Shown here piece after piece: positions 1 to 11,622 of a stretch of 64,000 nucleotides of DNA. The translations under genes and the position numbers were made by a program. The notes under the pieces were generated by a model. The model was not told where the DNA came from. It saw only the letters and a program-made list of their open reading frames with translations, and did not search any database. Numbering within the stretch: the first letter of the stretch is position 1; every line of letters starts with the position of its first letter. Source of the DNA: Antedon mediterranea (taxonomy: Eukaryota > Animalia > Echinodermata); contig NC_092670.1 in the NCBI RefSeq assembly GCF_964355755.1, positions 37,622,388 through 37,686,387 of the forward strand, read 5' to 3'.

Positions 1-36
1 TACAGTATATTACTTTTTTTTCAATATAGTTTTAAG

Positions 37-194
37 ATATGACTAAATATGGTGGTGATATGCCCAAATATGGTGGTGATATGCCCAAATATGGTGGTGA
101 TATGCCCAAATATGGTGGTGATATGACATCATCATGTCCATATAAGCACATCACATTTTTTTTTCACATAAAGTTTGATAGTGTAGAAAGAGCT
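37..194 (+). mobile_element. MITE family A (PIF/Harbinger-like), 5'-truncated copy
   Basis: 21-bp repeats ATGCCCAAATATGGTGGTGAT and right TIR AGTTTGATAGTGTAGAAAGAGCT followed by TAA. Confidence 0.8.
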
Positions 195-197
195 TAA

Positions 198-808
198 AGC
201 CCCCTTCCCTACGTTTTTTAGATCTAATTTAAGATCACAAACTATATTTAATGTAAAAATAATACTATATGATCCTATTGCGATAACTTTTTTCGTCTTT
301 AAACGGTTAAAAATGTGAAAAATAAGTCGATTTTAATAATTATAGCGGTCCGCTATAAATCCCAAAATGCATTGCGTGCGGATTGATATTTTTGTTTTTC
401 ACCTGTAATTCGCCCACTTTTCGATCGATCGTGAGGCCAAAACAAATGGAAGACTCCTAACTTTTCAGCGAAAATACCGGGTTTTCCCCAATTTGTATCA
501 ACGGAGTCTGGCAAAAATAGAAAGACAATTAATGCAGCAACTATACAACGTCAGGCTAGGTATATAGCTAGCGTACGATGTTCGTACGTTACCGATGTTT
601 ACCAGCTAGGCCTACAAAACTAAGCCTAAGACCGTCCACGAGAGGTCTATCGCCGCGAGCTACTTACGTAGTGCATTGTTTCTCACTTTTTATCATAATT
701 TACCATAAAACGTACATTTAAGACGAGGAATGACGTGGTTTAATGTTTTTAAAGTGATATATATGTATTATTTTCCAAAAAACGTCCAAAATTGCAGGGA
801 AGGGGTCT
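198..808. mobile_element. Non-autonomous TIR element, Kolobok-like (AG...CT, TTAA TSD)
   Basis: TTAA|AGCCCCCTTCCCT ... AGGGAAGGGGTCT|TTAA. Confidence 0.75.
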
Positions 809-1579
809 TTAAGAATAGTGTGCTAGAAATTGTGAAACACAATTTAGAAGGTTAGTTTAATGTAAAATGGTGGTGAGTGAGAACGAAGCTGAACAGATTG
901 AAAGAAACTTAATTTATTGTACCCAAACTGTTCCATACACCTGATATCACACATAAAAAATAATAATAATATTATAAAATATTGTAACAATTGTTACCTT
1001 AGTAGGAACTTGTGAAAAAAGGTTTCCATTTTACATTCATTCATTCAAAATAAATGTTGCAGACCGTGGCAAGAGTTGAGTATCTTCACATATCTTCCTA
1101 ACTAGTTAATAAAACTTCCAAATGTCAAAATATAGTTTTTATTAGATCATGTCTCAATAAAAACTATATTTTTAATTGATTTAGTGTTGATTCTCGTTTG
1201 TATTTTTGTACAAATACCCAACATTTATTGATTAACCTATAATCATTGTTTATCTTCAGTTCAATATAAACTTTATACAAACTAATGGATAGAAACCACA
1301 AAATGATCATTATGCAAACACAACAATGTGTTAGGTTAAAGTCAGACATGATACTATGATCAGAGGTTGTATTTATATCCTTGTCGTGTCTGTATACCTA
1401 CATACACCCCTTACTGTACACTTTACACTTACTGTACACTCACTGGGTTAAAAGGTATACATGGTATGTATTCAGTTCAATTGTTTAGCCTATCTACAGT
1501 ATTATGTTTAAGCCAATGTTAGTGTGATTAATTGTAATAAATTCAGTAAGTAATTTGTTGAATTTATTTTATTTTCTAG

Positions 1580-3348
1580 CTCTGATACAATAAAACTTTC
1601 AGTAGTTCCCAAGAATGAGGATATTCTACAAGTTGCTTATCCATCATCTGCCTATACATCAATTCCAGTTAGTACTGAACCCCAGAAAACTACCAATACG
1701 CATGTGTTTAGTAATGATTCCAATGGAGAAAGCGTTGATCGTTTGAACTCTCGTTTGCCACCTTATATTTCTTCTATACAATCTGATACCAAAGGCGGAA
1801 TTATTCAGTTGGAGCGAACACAGATAAAAACTTTTCAAACTTCTACACCTATCTCACGGACAAATGTATACGGTAAAAATTCTAATACTGGTTCGAATAA
1901 TAATAACAGTGAAATGTTGAGGGCGGCTACCGATAGACGGAGCGTCCAATCGACACAATCTTGCGATTCTCAGGCGCAGAGGAATTCGTTGGAGCTTATG
2001 GGCTCCGTAGAGCGCTTGTTTCAAAAGAATGGTTTATTGTCGTTAAAAAGAGATACGTCACCTTCTAATAGCAGTAGTGGCTCTGTGGCGTCTGCTGGAA
2101 AAAAGGATCAAAGAAGGGTGGATAGAACATTGCCACAAGCTGATCCTAATTTACCTGTATATCGTGCGACTCCAGCACACGTTGTTAGCCCAACCAGTAG
2201 TGATGCTCCGATATCTATACCTCATGTTAATGCAAACTCAGAACATTCCGTCAGTAGTCAGTCAAATCGTAATGCGGCTCAACATGCCGAGTCTTGGCGT
2301 CGTCCTGATACAGAGAGTAAACAAGGACCTCGCTCCGCTCAAACTAGAGTTAAACGATCCCCTCCAGTGAGTAAACGGGAGAAGTTTATAGACGTTAATG
2401 TTGATAAACGAAGGGAGAAAGCAAGGACAGATTATCGACAAATGGACAAAAATTCTACATATGCAACTGATGTTTTAAAAAACAATGATTTAAAGGATCA
2501 GAATTCTAAACATGAAATTTTTACCCAAGGATACAGAGAAATGTCTGTTGATAGGGATGAGGATTCAAGGTACAAAAGGTCCGGGATGATAGCATCGAGG
2601 TCAGATGGTAATATTAGCGAAAAACAATGGACAACACAAAACATTGATATAGAATCAAAAGATGTAGATGGTGTATTCCACGCTGAACCAGTAAATAAAA
2701 ACAGCGAACGAAACCGAGCCAAAACTGTTAATAGTAGAAATCCACGAGATGCAAAGTCTTTACGGGATTTCCGACGAAGGCGAATACAATCTGAGGATGA
2801 CCGTACCTTCCAATCTGTCGCAGAGAGACGGCAGGTTTTTGAGAAAAGGGGACAATTTAGATCCGTAGATTCTGGTCATGTCATTCCTCCAGATGATCAA
2901 AGTGAAATTGATAGTCAGTGTTCAAGAAAAATAAGTTCTGTATCGTCCACATCTAGTAAGCGTGATTCTTATCGTGATGAGTGGGAAAATGATCCACCAC
3001 CTTTTAATCGGAACGACAGAGGGCGCGTAAGAATTCGAGAGCGGAGTCAGGAGCGTGAGCGACAGCATGAACAATGGTTGCGAGAACGCCATCGGAGTAA
3101 AAGCTTAGAGAGAGTTAATCATAGAAATTTGTCGCAAGGCTGGAAAGCAGCGGCTTACGCTCGTGCTGAGCAAGCAAACATCAGGTCGCAGCGACCTAAT
3201 CCTATTGCAAAACCTAAACGACAGATGGAAACACCGAAAAGAGTGACAGATATGTCAAATCAAAGAATGGAAACACCAAAAGAACAAATTGTTAGAAAAG
3301 ATGAAACCGAGGATTACACACCGTTAACAACACAACAAAGGAAACAGC
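1580..3348 (+). CDS. ARHGAP21: RhoGAP ARHGAP21/23-like, large exon (end of PDZ domain plus long S/R-rich disordered region); upstream exons lie outside the window
   Basis: Acceptor ttttctag|c at 1579/1580. Reads SDTIKLSVVPKNEDILQVAYPSSAY, resembling the PDZ C-terminus of ARHGAP21/23, and is in frame with ORF 1704-3356. Donor c|gtaagt at 3348/3349 (phase 1). Confidence 0.9.
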
Positions 3349-3923
3349 GTAAGTAGTAGAACAGTTTTCTTCATTTTTGTATTTTATAGATTTTAGAAAG
3401 TTCATTTGGAAGAATTTCTTTTTACAACTTACATTTCATTTTCTATAGTCTTTTATGTTTTAATTCATTTTTTATGTTTGATATAAAAATACAAATGTTT
3501 ATTTTATTTTAAGCATGGTTATATTTTGGTTAATCATTTTAATTTACAGATTATTTTTATATCTTCTTTAAACATTTCTGTTTATTTTTTTGTTTGTTTT
3601 AAACAATTAATGCGGAATTGTTATTAGATCAAGATTGAATATTGTTTTAGTTTCTGTTGTGTCTATTGGTCACAATTTCTTTTTGACATTTTTGTTTTAT
3701 AATTAAAAACTAATTAGCTTTTGCAATGTTATGTTATGTAATTAATTTTAAAGTTTCAGTTTTAGTTTAAAAAAATGTTTCTTTATTCTGTATTTTCCTA
3801 ACTTTATTATTGTTCTTAGAATTAGAATGTTATTTGTGTTATTGTTCTACCAATGTTTGAGATGTATTATGTTTTCTTTCACTCATTCTATATGACAACA
3901 TTTTTTTCTTCTGTGTTTCGTAG

Positions 3924-4049
3924 AGTTGTTTAGACGAGCGCACTCAAATTCCAATTCTTGCGAGAGTCTAGATTCTGAATCCGGCACTCCACGCTCGTTA
4001 CGCAGGCCCTTTCATTTCTTGCTTGGTAGACGACGATCTGGTAGTCTCG
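3924..4049 (+). CDS. Probable alternative cassette exon of the RhoGAP gene (LFRRAHSNSNSCESLDSESGTPRSLRRPFHFLLGRRRSGSL)
   Basis: Strong pyrimidine tract plus tag at 3921-3923; 126 nt, phase 1-1, open frame, raised GC. Donor g|gtgtgt at 4050 (alternative g|gtagtc at 4041, also phase 1). Confidence 0.7.
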
Positions 4050-5060
4050 GTGTGTTTAGACAGACCCATTATTTTAGCATTAATCTTGCACATTGCTTAG
4101 TTAGTTCAAGCTTCCTGCATGGTGCCTGATTCAATGCATGCTAATTAACATAAATTATACGGAATAATTAACATAATCTGCATATTCATTAAATATAACA
4201 CACTTTTTTATAAAAATATATTATTGAATGGACTAATTTTCATTTGGATTTGTTTTTTATTTTATTTTTGTAAAACAATGGAATAAATTTCTGAATTTAG
4301 ATGACAAAAATCTTTTTTTAATTTTGGTTATGGTTTAAATAATTCAGTCTATAAAATATTAAAATAACAAAGTTTTTCCTATATATTTTCAAAATTACTC
4401 AATAACCACTAAAAAACAATTAATTTGATTTTTTTTAAATTACATTTAAAATAATACAATTATTAAAAAAAATAAATTAACTTTCTAATTACAGACTTAT
4501 TAAAAATATTTTTAAAGCATTAAAATGTTACGAAGAAAAGTCTTTGATATGTTGAATGCTGCTCTTTATATATTTTCACTATAATTTAAATATTCAAATT
4601 ATATATTATATTATTATGCATAACATGTTACCATGTAATATTGATATATGTAACATTAACAAATTATTCATTTGCCAGCATAATACCAATAATTATTTCA
4701 TGTGTACATGGTTGAGTAACAATCATTATGATTGGTTAATAGCAAATAATACAGGCACTGCTATTGGCTGGTAAATATAGAGGCACTCTCATTAACTGGT
4801 AGATACATTTCGATTGGCTGGAAGTTGATAATGGTTTATTATTGATGGGTTTTTGTATGCACAGTATAGATATATTGGAATGTAATGTCAGATGGTTGCA
4901 CAGAAATTTTAATATTATTAAATGATTATTTCTCATATAGTCACTTCATTGTATATTTCACATATTTACATTATATTTTGTTATTCATGTTGTTTACAGT
5001 ATTGAGTTATATATTTATTGATATATAACAAATATCAGTCAGTATTCATTGGGTCTTTAG

Positions 5061-5084
5061 TACCTTATAACCAAAACATGGATG
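5061..5084 (+). CDS. Candidate 24-nt microexon (xPYNQNMD)
   Basis: gtctttag|taccttataaccaaaacatggatg|gtattt; phase 1-1, no stop; GCATG 12 nt downstream. Confidence 0.35.
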
Positions 5085-5675
5085 GTATTTATTTAGCATG
5101 GAATTAGGTTTACTCATAGTCAATAAAAAGACCATGGTTATACTTCATATTGAATACATTGACATTGCTAATATATCTGCATGGGAACCATCAATACATT
5201 TTTTTTAAACAAATATATTGAATAAATATGTAAAAAAAAAAAAATAAAAAAATAAAAAAGTACTTAAATCAGTACAAGTAATTTAATGGATAACTAAATA
5301 CATTGTTTGACATTATAACTAGCTGAAAAAAAATCAAGTTAGTTTCTTGTGCAATAACACATCATTATCAGTAACACAAACACATTTACTGAAACAGTGC
5401 TCTTCTTGAAAAATGACACCAAGTGCATATATTTACAAATTCATATAATTAATTTTAATTATTTTAAAGCATTAACACTGTGCCATATATATTTTTAGAT
5501 ATATTTAATTGCTCATAAAGTGTATTTTGCATTATACCTGTACATGGATATCAGTCAAGTATTGTAGAATTTCTTAAAAATTTATTTGGCTTTAGTTTTT
5601 TTTCATTCAACATTCCACACTTATCCATCTATTTAGTTTCTTTTAATTCAACTAATTCTTTCGTTATATTTCTAG

Positions 5676-5747
5676 GGATGAAAGACAAAGCTCCAAAGGA
5701 AAAGACTTCCTGGATCCAAACGCTGACTCCTCGGTTGGCTAGACGAA
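5676..5747 (+). CDS. Probable alternative cassette exon (xMKDKAPKEKTSWIQTLTPRLARR)
   Basis: Branch-like actaat plus tatttctag acceptor at 5675; 72 nt, phase 1-1, open; donor a|gtaacc at 5748. Confidence 0.65.
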
Positions 5748-5824
5748 GTAACCTTTGACCTACATGGTCTTTTTATTATTTTTCTCCAGGAGTTGCGGTG
5801 CTTTTCATTATTAACCTTTTTTAG

Positions 5825-5836
5825 GGCTTGTGACTG
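5825..5836 (+). CDS. Candidate 12-nt microexon (xLVT)
   Basis: tgcttttcattattaaccttttttag|ggcttgtgactg|gtagct; phase 1-1; upstream TGC and ttaac branch-like motif. Confidence 0.4.
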
Positions 5837-6446
5837 GTAGCTTGCATTGTAAAATCTCATACTAGAGGGCACTCTTCATTGTACAAGCATGTTTCTTATT
5901 GCAGAAAAGCTAACTTGGGTCGATGATCTTTCTTGAAATAATGCATGTGTTTTACATTACATTCATCAATTTGACAAGTAACAGCAACACATTTAGAATA
6001 TAAAATGATGCACATTGAAAACGGAGTATTTATATACTTAAAACTCTCCCAAGCCTAGGCACATTGCCTGCTGAAAAATGTCAGTTTTTTAATAGTTAAA
6101 AAAAAAGTAATTTAAATCATTCGCACTGTGACAAAATTTTGGTTTTTGGAGAGTTTCTCGATTTCAGAAAGTGTGATTTCGGGATACTTATAGTATAGTA
6201 CTGTATACTATAGTCCAGTTTATAGAATAACTACTAGATTATGTATATATAAGAACAGGCACAGTGTTGTAGCACTTAAAATACATTTTATTGTCAATAT
6301 GTGTGGTACCAAAGAATAAAACAGAATCATTGTGCTTGTTTCTTATCTTTTGTGCCATATCATACAAGTTTCAGCAGTACCATTTCTGTAGTGATTGTAT
6401 CATTAAATTTAATACATAAATAAAAAAAAATTTTTAATTAGTTTAA

Positions 6447-7039
6447 AGCTCAGGTACAGGCATGAATTTAAATATAATATTTGGTTAATTGTACATAAAT
6501 AAAATGTTATTAACAGAAATCAATACGAAAAAATATGAATTTCCCTTAATATGGTCAAATACAAAATTTGGCTAAATTCTTCTATAAAAACCAAGAAGAC
6601 TTTTTTTCAGTAGTTAGGTTGTTAACCTAATGCAATAACATGTCTGGTGACTCCCTAGAAGGTGAAAAAAGATGGTGGATATACGGTGGATAATTTTTGC
6701 TATAGCATGAAAATAAAAATCTGAAGTTGAATAAAAATATCAGAAATGTAATATTCAAGTTATATTACCTATATTTAGTCATCTGATAACGTTTTTTACC
6801 ACACCGTTTATTTTTTATAGCTTTTTAAAATGCCTCTCTATTTACAAAATTTGTGTACAAAAGAATAGAGATTTTACTGTGTAATTTGAACTATCCCCCC
6901 ACTGATAAGAAAGTGCTTATTTTCAACAAGCTTGTGTAACATAAATAAAATTCCAAAAATTATGAAACATAGGGGAAACTATAGATCGACAATTATTGGA
7001 ATGTATGATCAATAGAAATTTTTTGCCCGCACCTGGCCT
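6447..7039. mobile_element. Degenerate Kolobok-like non-autonomous element
   Basis: TTAA|AGCTCAGGTACAGGCA ... TGCCCGCACCTGGCCT|TTAA; imperfect TIRs. Confidence 0.5.
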
Positions 7040-7306
7040 TTAAGACTAATTTTTAAACTAATAGAATCTATATTAGAAACCAAACCCTTTAAAATACAGA
7101 AGAAATTTGCATTTTCACTATATGTAATAAATAATCTTTTAAATTATTTTGGAAATCATCAAACATCAAAATACAGTACCTAACATTACATCAAACTAAC
7201 AGTGAGTTGTGAATAGGCCATTATTTATTATATAATAATTAATAATATTGTATACATTCAAAATACATTCATTTAATACATTTATAAATTATTAAAAGAT
7301 AACTAA

Positions 7307-7529
7307 AGCTCTGTCTACACAATCAAACTAGTTTGACAAAAAAGTGATGATGTGCCCAAATATGGTAGTGATATGCCCAAATATGGTAGTGATATGCCCA
7401 AATATAGTAGCGATATGCCCAAATATGGTAGTGATATGCCCAAATATGGTAGTGATATGATATCATCATGGTCATATATGGGCACATCGAATTTTGTTGT
7501 CACATAAAGTTGATAGTGTAGACAGAGCT
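7307..7529 (+). mobile_element. MITE family A, full copy with five 21-bp repeats
   Basis: TAA|AGCTCTGTCTACAC ... GTGTAGACAGAGCT|TAA; 3-bp TAA TSD. Confidence 0.9.
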
Positions 7530-8328
7530 TAAGGACCATATAAACAGCATAACTTTTCTTGGAATATGTTAGCTCTTTGGTATCCTAATAAAAGTTGCTA
7601 ACAATTTATTCTACTTTTTATGTTCGTTATAATACTTTCATTCTTCGGTAGCATGGTTTCGAGTTGTTTCTTTTTTTACAACCATTTTTCTATGGTTAAA
7701 TTTAGTTTATTTGGAATATCTTTTAATGTTGTGGAAATATTTGTGTTTCTTAAAAAAATTTATGTTTTTTGTTTAAATTTTTTCTATGTTTTACTTTTGC
7801 TATCAAAGGCACTTATGATACTAGCCAGAGAAAAGGTTTGTTTTTGTTTTTTTGTTTCAAAAATTATGTTTGCTGCCATCTACAGTACTGTCCAAATTAA
7901 CAAATTGTGTATACTACACTCATTAGTCTATCGTATTCTGTAGTATTAATTGAAGATATTCATTATCATATGTTCAATATGGCAGTACAATATTAAGATT
8001 ATTACAGAAAGTCTGTACCTTCTTCATCTTTATATGTCCTTGTTATGCTGTTGTTAATTCCAAACATCTCCTTGATTATGCTGTCATGTGATGATATATT
8101 ATTAACGTTTATTTTGTGTATTTCCTTATACGGTAGCTGGTATCTAACTTATATATTTCTTCATTTCAAGTTAACTTAACTATTATTATATTCAACTCAT
8201 TATTATTATTATTATGTTTAATTATTACTATAATCATTAACTATTTTTTTGGAACACTTGCTCACTATTACAGGTGTCTCTGCAATAAAATACCACTCCA
8301 GCTAGAGACCAGTACGAAATATTCTTAA

Positions 8329-8481
8329 AGCTCTATCCGCACTATCAAAATAGTTTGACAAAAAAGTGTGATGTGCCCAAATGTGGTGGTGATATGTCCA
8401 AATATGGTAGTGATATAACATCATCATTCCCATATATGGACACATCACATTTTTTGTCACATAGTGTAGAGAGAACAGGCT
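8329..8481 (+). mobile_element. MITE family A copy
   Basis: Left TIR, two 21-bp repeats, damaged right TIR. Confidence 0.8.
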
Positions 8482-9107
8482 AAAGACAGCCACAGATCTG
8501 CTACTGAAAGTGGGCTTTTATTGGAGGGAATACTTGTATAAATAATGTGTATATACATATTGCATTTTACATTAGATATTATTACTGTACCTTAAACTCA
8601 TTGGAGAAACTTCATTACAATTCTCTATTGTAATACCTTAAGTTATTTCCATTCATTAGTCAATATATAACTGTTTACTATATATTTCCACACATATCTA
8701 TGATTTAACCTTCCCATTCTGAACCCCCTATGTTTCACTACTTCCAAATACATAATTTGAAGCCTCAAACGACAATTTATGAATTTTATGAAGAACTATA
8801 TTTATTTTTGAAGCAATAGTATGAACCATGTTTGTTTATGCTGTAATGTGGCCCAAAATGTAATAAAAAATCCCGACTTTTAAAAAGATGAAATTTAGAC
8901 TGTTGGATTGCGGACTTTGTCTGCTTTAATACAGTAACTAATAAGATCATGTTTAGAATGTTTATTATTTTAAATAACAGATTGTGTTCATTATAATAAG
9001 ATTTTTTTAAAAGAGATAAATTAGAAATGGTAGTTAACACTTGGTTTGTTTCAGTAGCTATGAATGGTTCTCTTAGTAATGAATAATATTTCTTTTTGAT
9101 TAACACC

Positions 9108-9269
9108 TGTTTCTATTTTTAGCAATACCATATGTTTCTATTTTTAGAAACTATCATTGTTTCTATTTTTAGTAACATCAATTTTTCTATTTTTAGTAAC
9201 ATCAATGTATCTATTTTCAGTAACTAACAATGTATCTATTTTTAGTAACTAACATTGGTTCTTTTGCAG
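9108..9269 (+). repeat. Degenerate ~24-25-bp tandem repeat (TGTTTCTATTTTTAGTAACATCAA-like, 6-7 units) ending at the exon acceptor
   Basis: Units are visible by eye; the last unit supplies the real 3' splice site. Confidence 0.75.
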
Positions 9270-9426
9270 TGGTCGAATCAAAACAGCGTGCAAATCGTCG
9301 TACGTCATTTCTAAAAACAACGTTTGATGGCAGCAGACAACCGCAGGCGGATACCACAAGTCTGACATCCTTACAATCATTAGATGAAGACTTTGTTGAA
9401 CACCGGACACCTCCGCAAGAAAATCA
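9270..9426 (+). CDS. ARHGAP21: RhoGAP exon (VESKQRANRRTSFLKTT...ENQ)
   Basis: cttttgcag| acceptor and ca|gtaaga donor; phase 1 in, phase 2 out. RRTSFL resembles the RRxSYL motif of ARHGAP21/23. Confidence 0.85.
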
Positions 9427-9727
9427 GTAAGATTAATAGTTCATGGAATATGTTGGGGTTTTTTTTAAATTGCCCTCCGATTTAAGACCACTGCAATTCA
9501 ATTTTAACTTAATTTTTAATTAGAAACAAAAAGAAAATACTGAAATTGAAAAGGAACAATTTTTGGGGCAATAATGGATTGATTGTGTTAAAATAATCTA
9601 ATGTATGGATAACAACATTTATTTACTACAAGTTACAATCATGTGCAACAATGTAATAACTTATACTTTAAAAGCTATAAATTAGTATGTCAATATTTAG
9701 TGGCAACATTCCATTGTCCAATCAGTT

Positions 9728-9825
9728 GTGATATGCTTAAATATGGTAGTGATATGACATCATCATGTCCATATATGGGCACATCACATTTTTGTCACAT
9801 AAAGTTTAATAGTGTAGACAGAGCT
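9728..9825 (+). mobile_element. MITE family A, right half
   Basis: Internal motif plus right TIR AGTGTAGACAGAGCT|TTA. Confidence 0.8.
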
Positions 9826-10024
9826 TTATAATAGTAAGTTACAATGATGTTTATTAAATGAAATAACACTTTTAGAATATCAGCATATGTGGATCAAAGT
9901 TATCTCAAAATCCTGAATCCTCATGGATGTAAACAAATATAATGTAAATATGCGATTGGATATCATGAATTGTATTCAAAACTTAATAGGGAAGTTCATT
10001 TGTAATTTATTTGTTAACAAATAG

Positions 10025-10199
10025 GAAACCTGTTCAAAAGCGAACTCCTAGTATCAGGAAGTTAAAAGAGTTCTTTGGCGAGGGCACGCCAAGAGTTACC
10101 GAAGCGGCATCATCTAGAGTTGGTATGACAAATGACCAGTTTGCTGATGTGATCAAGGAAGGCCCATTGCAGATCAAAGTGGAAGCCAAAGATGGCAGA
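10025..10199 (+). CDS. ARHGAP21: RhoGAP exon, start of PH domain (KPVQKRTPSIRKLKEFFGEGTP...DVIKEGPLQIKVEAKDGR)
   Basis: aatag| acceptor and aga|gtaagt donor; phases match neighbours; KEG motif of the first PH strand. Confidence 0.9.
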
Positions 10200-10295
10200 G
10201 TAAGTAATTATTTTCTTTGAGTTAAGGAGTCAATAACTTGTGCCAGATGTGAACCTATTAGTCATAGAGATATTGTGACGACCAATCTATGTAAG

Positions 10296-10411
10296 GGGGT
10301 GTGGTGCAGTGTGTTTGATGCTGGACTACTGATCGTGAGATTGGGAGTTCAATTCCAAAGCTTTTTTGCATTGCTTGTATCCTTAGGCAAAACACTTTAC
10401 TTACGTTTGCC
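10296..10411 (+). mobile_element. tRNA-derived CORE-type SINE fragment
   Basis: A/B-box-like head (GGTGCAGTG...GAGTTCAATTCC) plus TATCCTTAGGCAAAACACTTTAC core; similar to 10701-10970. Confidence 0.6.
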
Positions 10412-10479
10412 TGTATTGTCATTACAGTATTTTGTATTGTAAGATTAAATGTATCGGTTTAATTTATCATTTCTTACAG

Positions 10480-10569
10480 AGAGCAACAGATCGGTCTTGG
10501 AAATTAGTATGGGGAATGTTAAAGGGCCACGCACTGTACCTTCTGAAAGAAAGAAGAGAAATAATTCTT
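10480..10569 (+). CDS. ARHGAP21: RhoGAP exon, PH domain (RATDRSWKLVWGMLKGHALYLLKERREIIL)
   Basis: ttcttacag| ... ctt|gtaagt; 90 nt, phase 0; RSWK..W..L.G..LY PH signature. Confidence 0.93.
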
Positions 10570-10700
10570 GTAAGTTTTAGTTTAAATATTTCATTATTCA
10601 ACACAATAATTTTATAATACTGTCACGTCTCTCAAGTATGTTATGGTCCACAAGATTCCATATCTTAAAGCATACAACAAAAACATAGATTACTTAAGTG

Positions 10701-10970
10701 GAGGGCAGTGTGGTGGACATTTGATTACTGATCGTGAGATTGTGGTTCGAATCCAACTTTCGCCACATTGCTTTTATCCTTAGGCAAGACATTTACATTT
10801 GCCTCTCTCCACCCAGGTGTATAAAATAGGTTACTATTACTAGCTACATTATTATGGGAGTACAGTATGTTTCCATATGTGTTTGATCTAAAAAGTAATT
10901 CGGAGTAATAATGTGCATGTAAGCAGATCTTGCTTATATGCGCTATATAAGAATGAATTAATTATTATTA
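10701..10970 (+). mobile_element. tRNA-derived CORE-type SINE
   Basis: B box GGTTCGAATCC; CCTTAGGCAAGACA...CTCTCCACCCAGGTGTATAAA core; GCGCTATATAAG...(ATT)n tail. Confidence 0.7.
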
Positions 10971-11077
10971 TATTTCATAAATATCTACAAAATTAGTGTT
11001 GCATGGCAGTTATTTCACAATACCATTTAAATTATTTTCACTAATTATGTATGTCATAATCCGTTTCCTCCCTGTAG

Positions 11078-11206
11078 AATCCTGTTAGCCTGGAGGAGCG
11101 TCCAATTAGTATTAAGTCAGCCATCGTTGACATTGCGTACGACTACACCAAAAAGAAAAATGTTTTCAGGCTGTGCACGTATAATGATTCTGAATATCTC
11201 ATTCAG
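11078..11206 (+). CDS. ARHGAP21: RhoGAP exon, PH domain (NPVSLEERPISIKSAIVDIAYDYTKKKNVFRLCTYNDSEYLIQ)
   Basis: ccctgtag| ... cag|gtaggt; 129 nt, phase 0; DIAYDYTKKKNVFRL PH motif. Confidence 0.93.
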
Positions 11207-11300
11207 GTAGGTTCTATTTGTGTGTATTACTTTGTATTATTTTATTTGTGTGTATGTTTGTTTGTTGTTTTTTTCTCACAATAATGTCCACAATCTTTAA

Positions 11301-11622
11301 AGATGTATTGTCCCCCAAAAATATGAAAAATTAATATTAATAAAATCAGACGTTAAATAGGCCATTTTGCAGTTTTAATAAAGTTATTCACTTCTGTAAA
11401 AAAAAAAAAGGTAAACAAATAATTATTTCCTCTTATAAAAGGAAATGTTTAATCTGACAGACAATTTAAGTATTTTTTGCTTTAAATTACATTTTTTCAG
11501 GTAAACCTTTTTTCAATCCAGTTTTTGGTCAAAGTGAATATTACTATTATGTGACATTAAAATGGCATATTCAACAATAAATTAGAAAAAAATAAAAGTG
11601 TTTTTAGGAGGACAATATATCT
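11301..11622 (+). mobile_element. MITE family C, Kolobok-like
   Basis: TTAA|AGATGTATTGTCCCC ... GGAGGACAATATATCT|TTAA; copies at 22421, 41338 and 52641. Confidence 0.85.

Noticed and set aside
2077-2722. Alternative-frame and antisense ORFs overlapping the large exon (also 35226-35682)
   Set aside because: These are expected shadows of long coding exons, with no independent support.
5790-5797. Strong acceptor (tttctccag) followed by an 8-nt exon candidate
   Set aside because: It is not frame-preserving and lies only 42 nt from the upstream donor; unsupported without RNA data.
8274-8311. Possible exon after ttacag
   Set aside because: 38 nt with an in-frame stop in phase 1; at most a poison exon, with no supporting evidence.
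10701-10760. tRNA gene
   Set aside because: It has a B box but no complete cloverleaf and continues into a SINE core.
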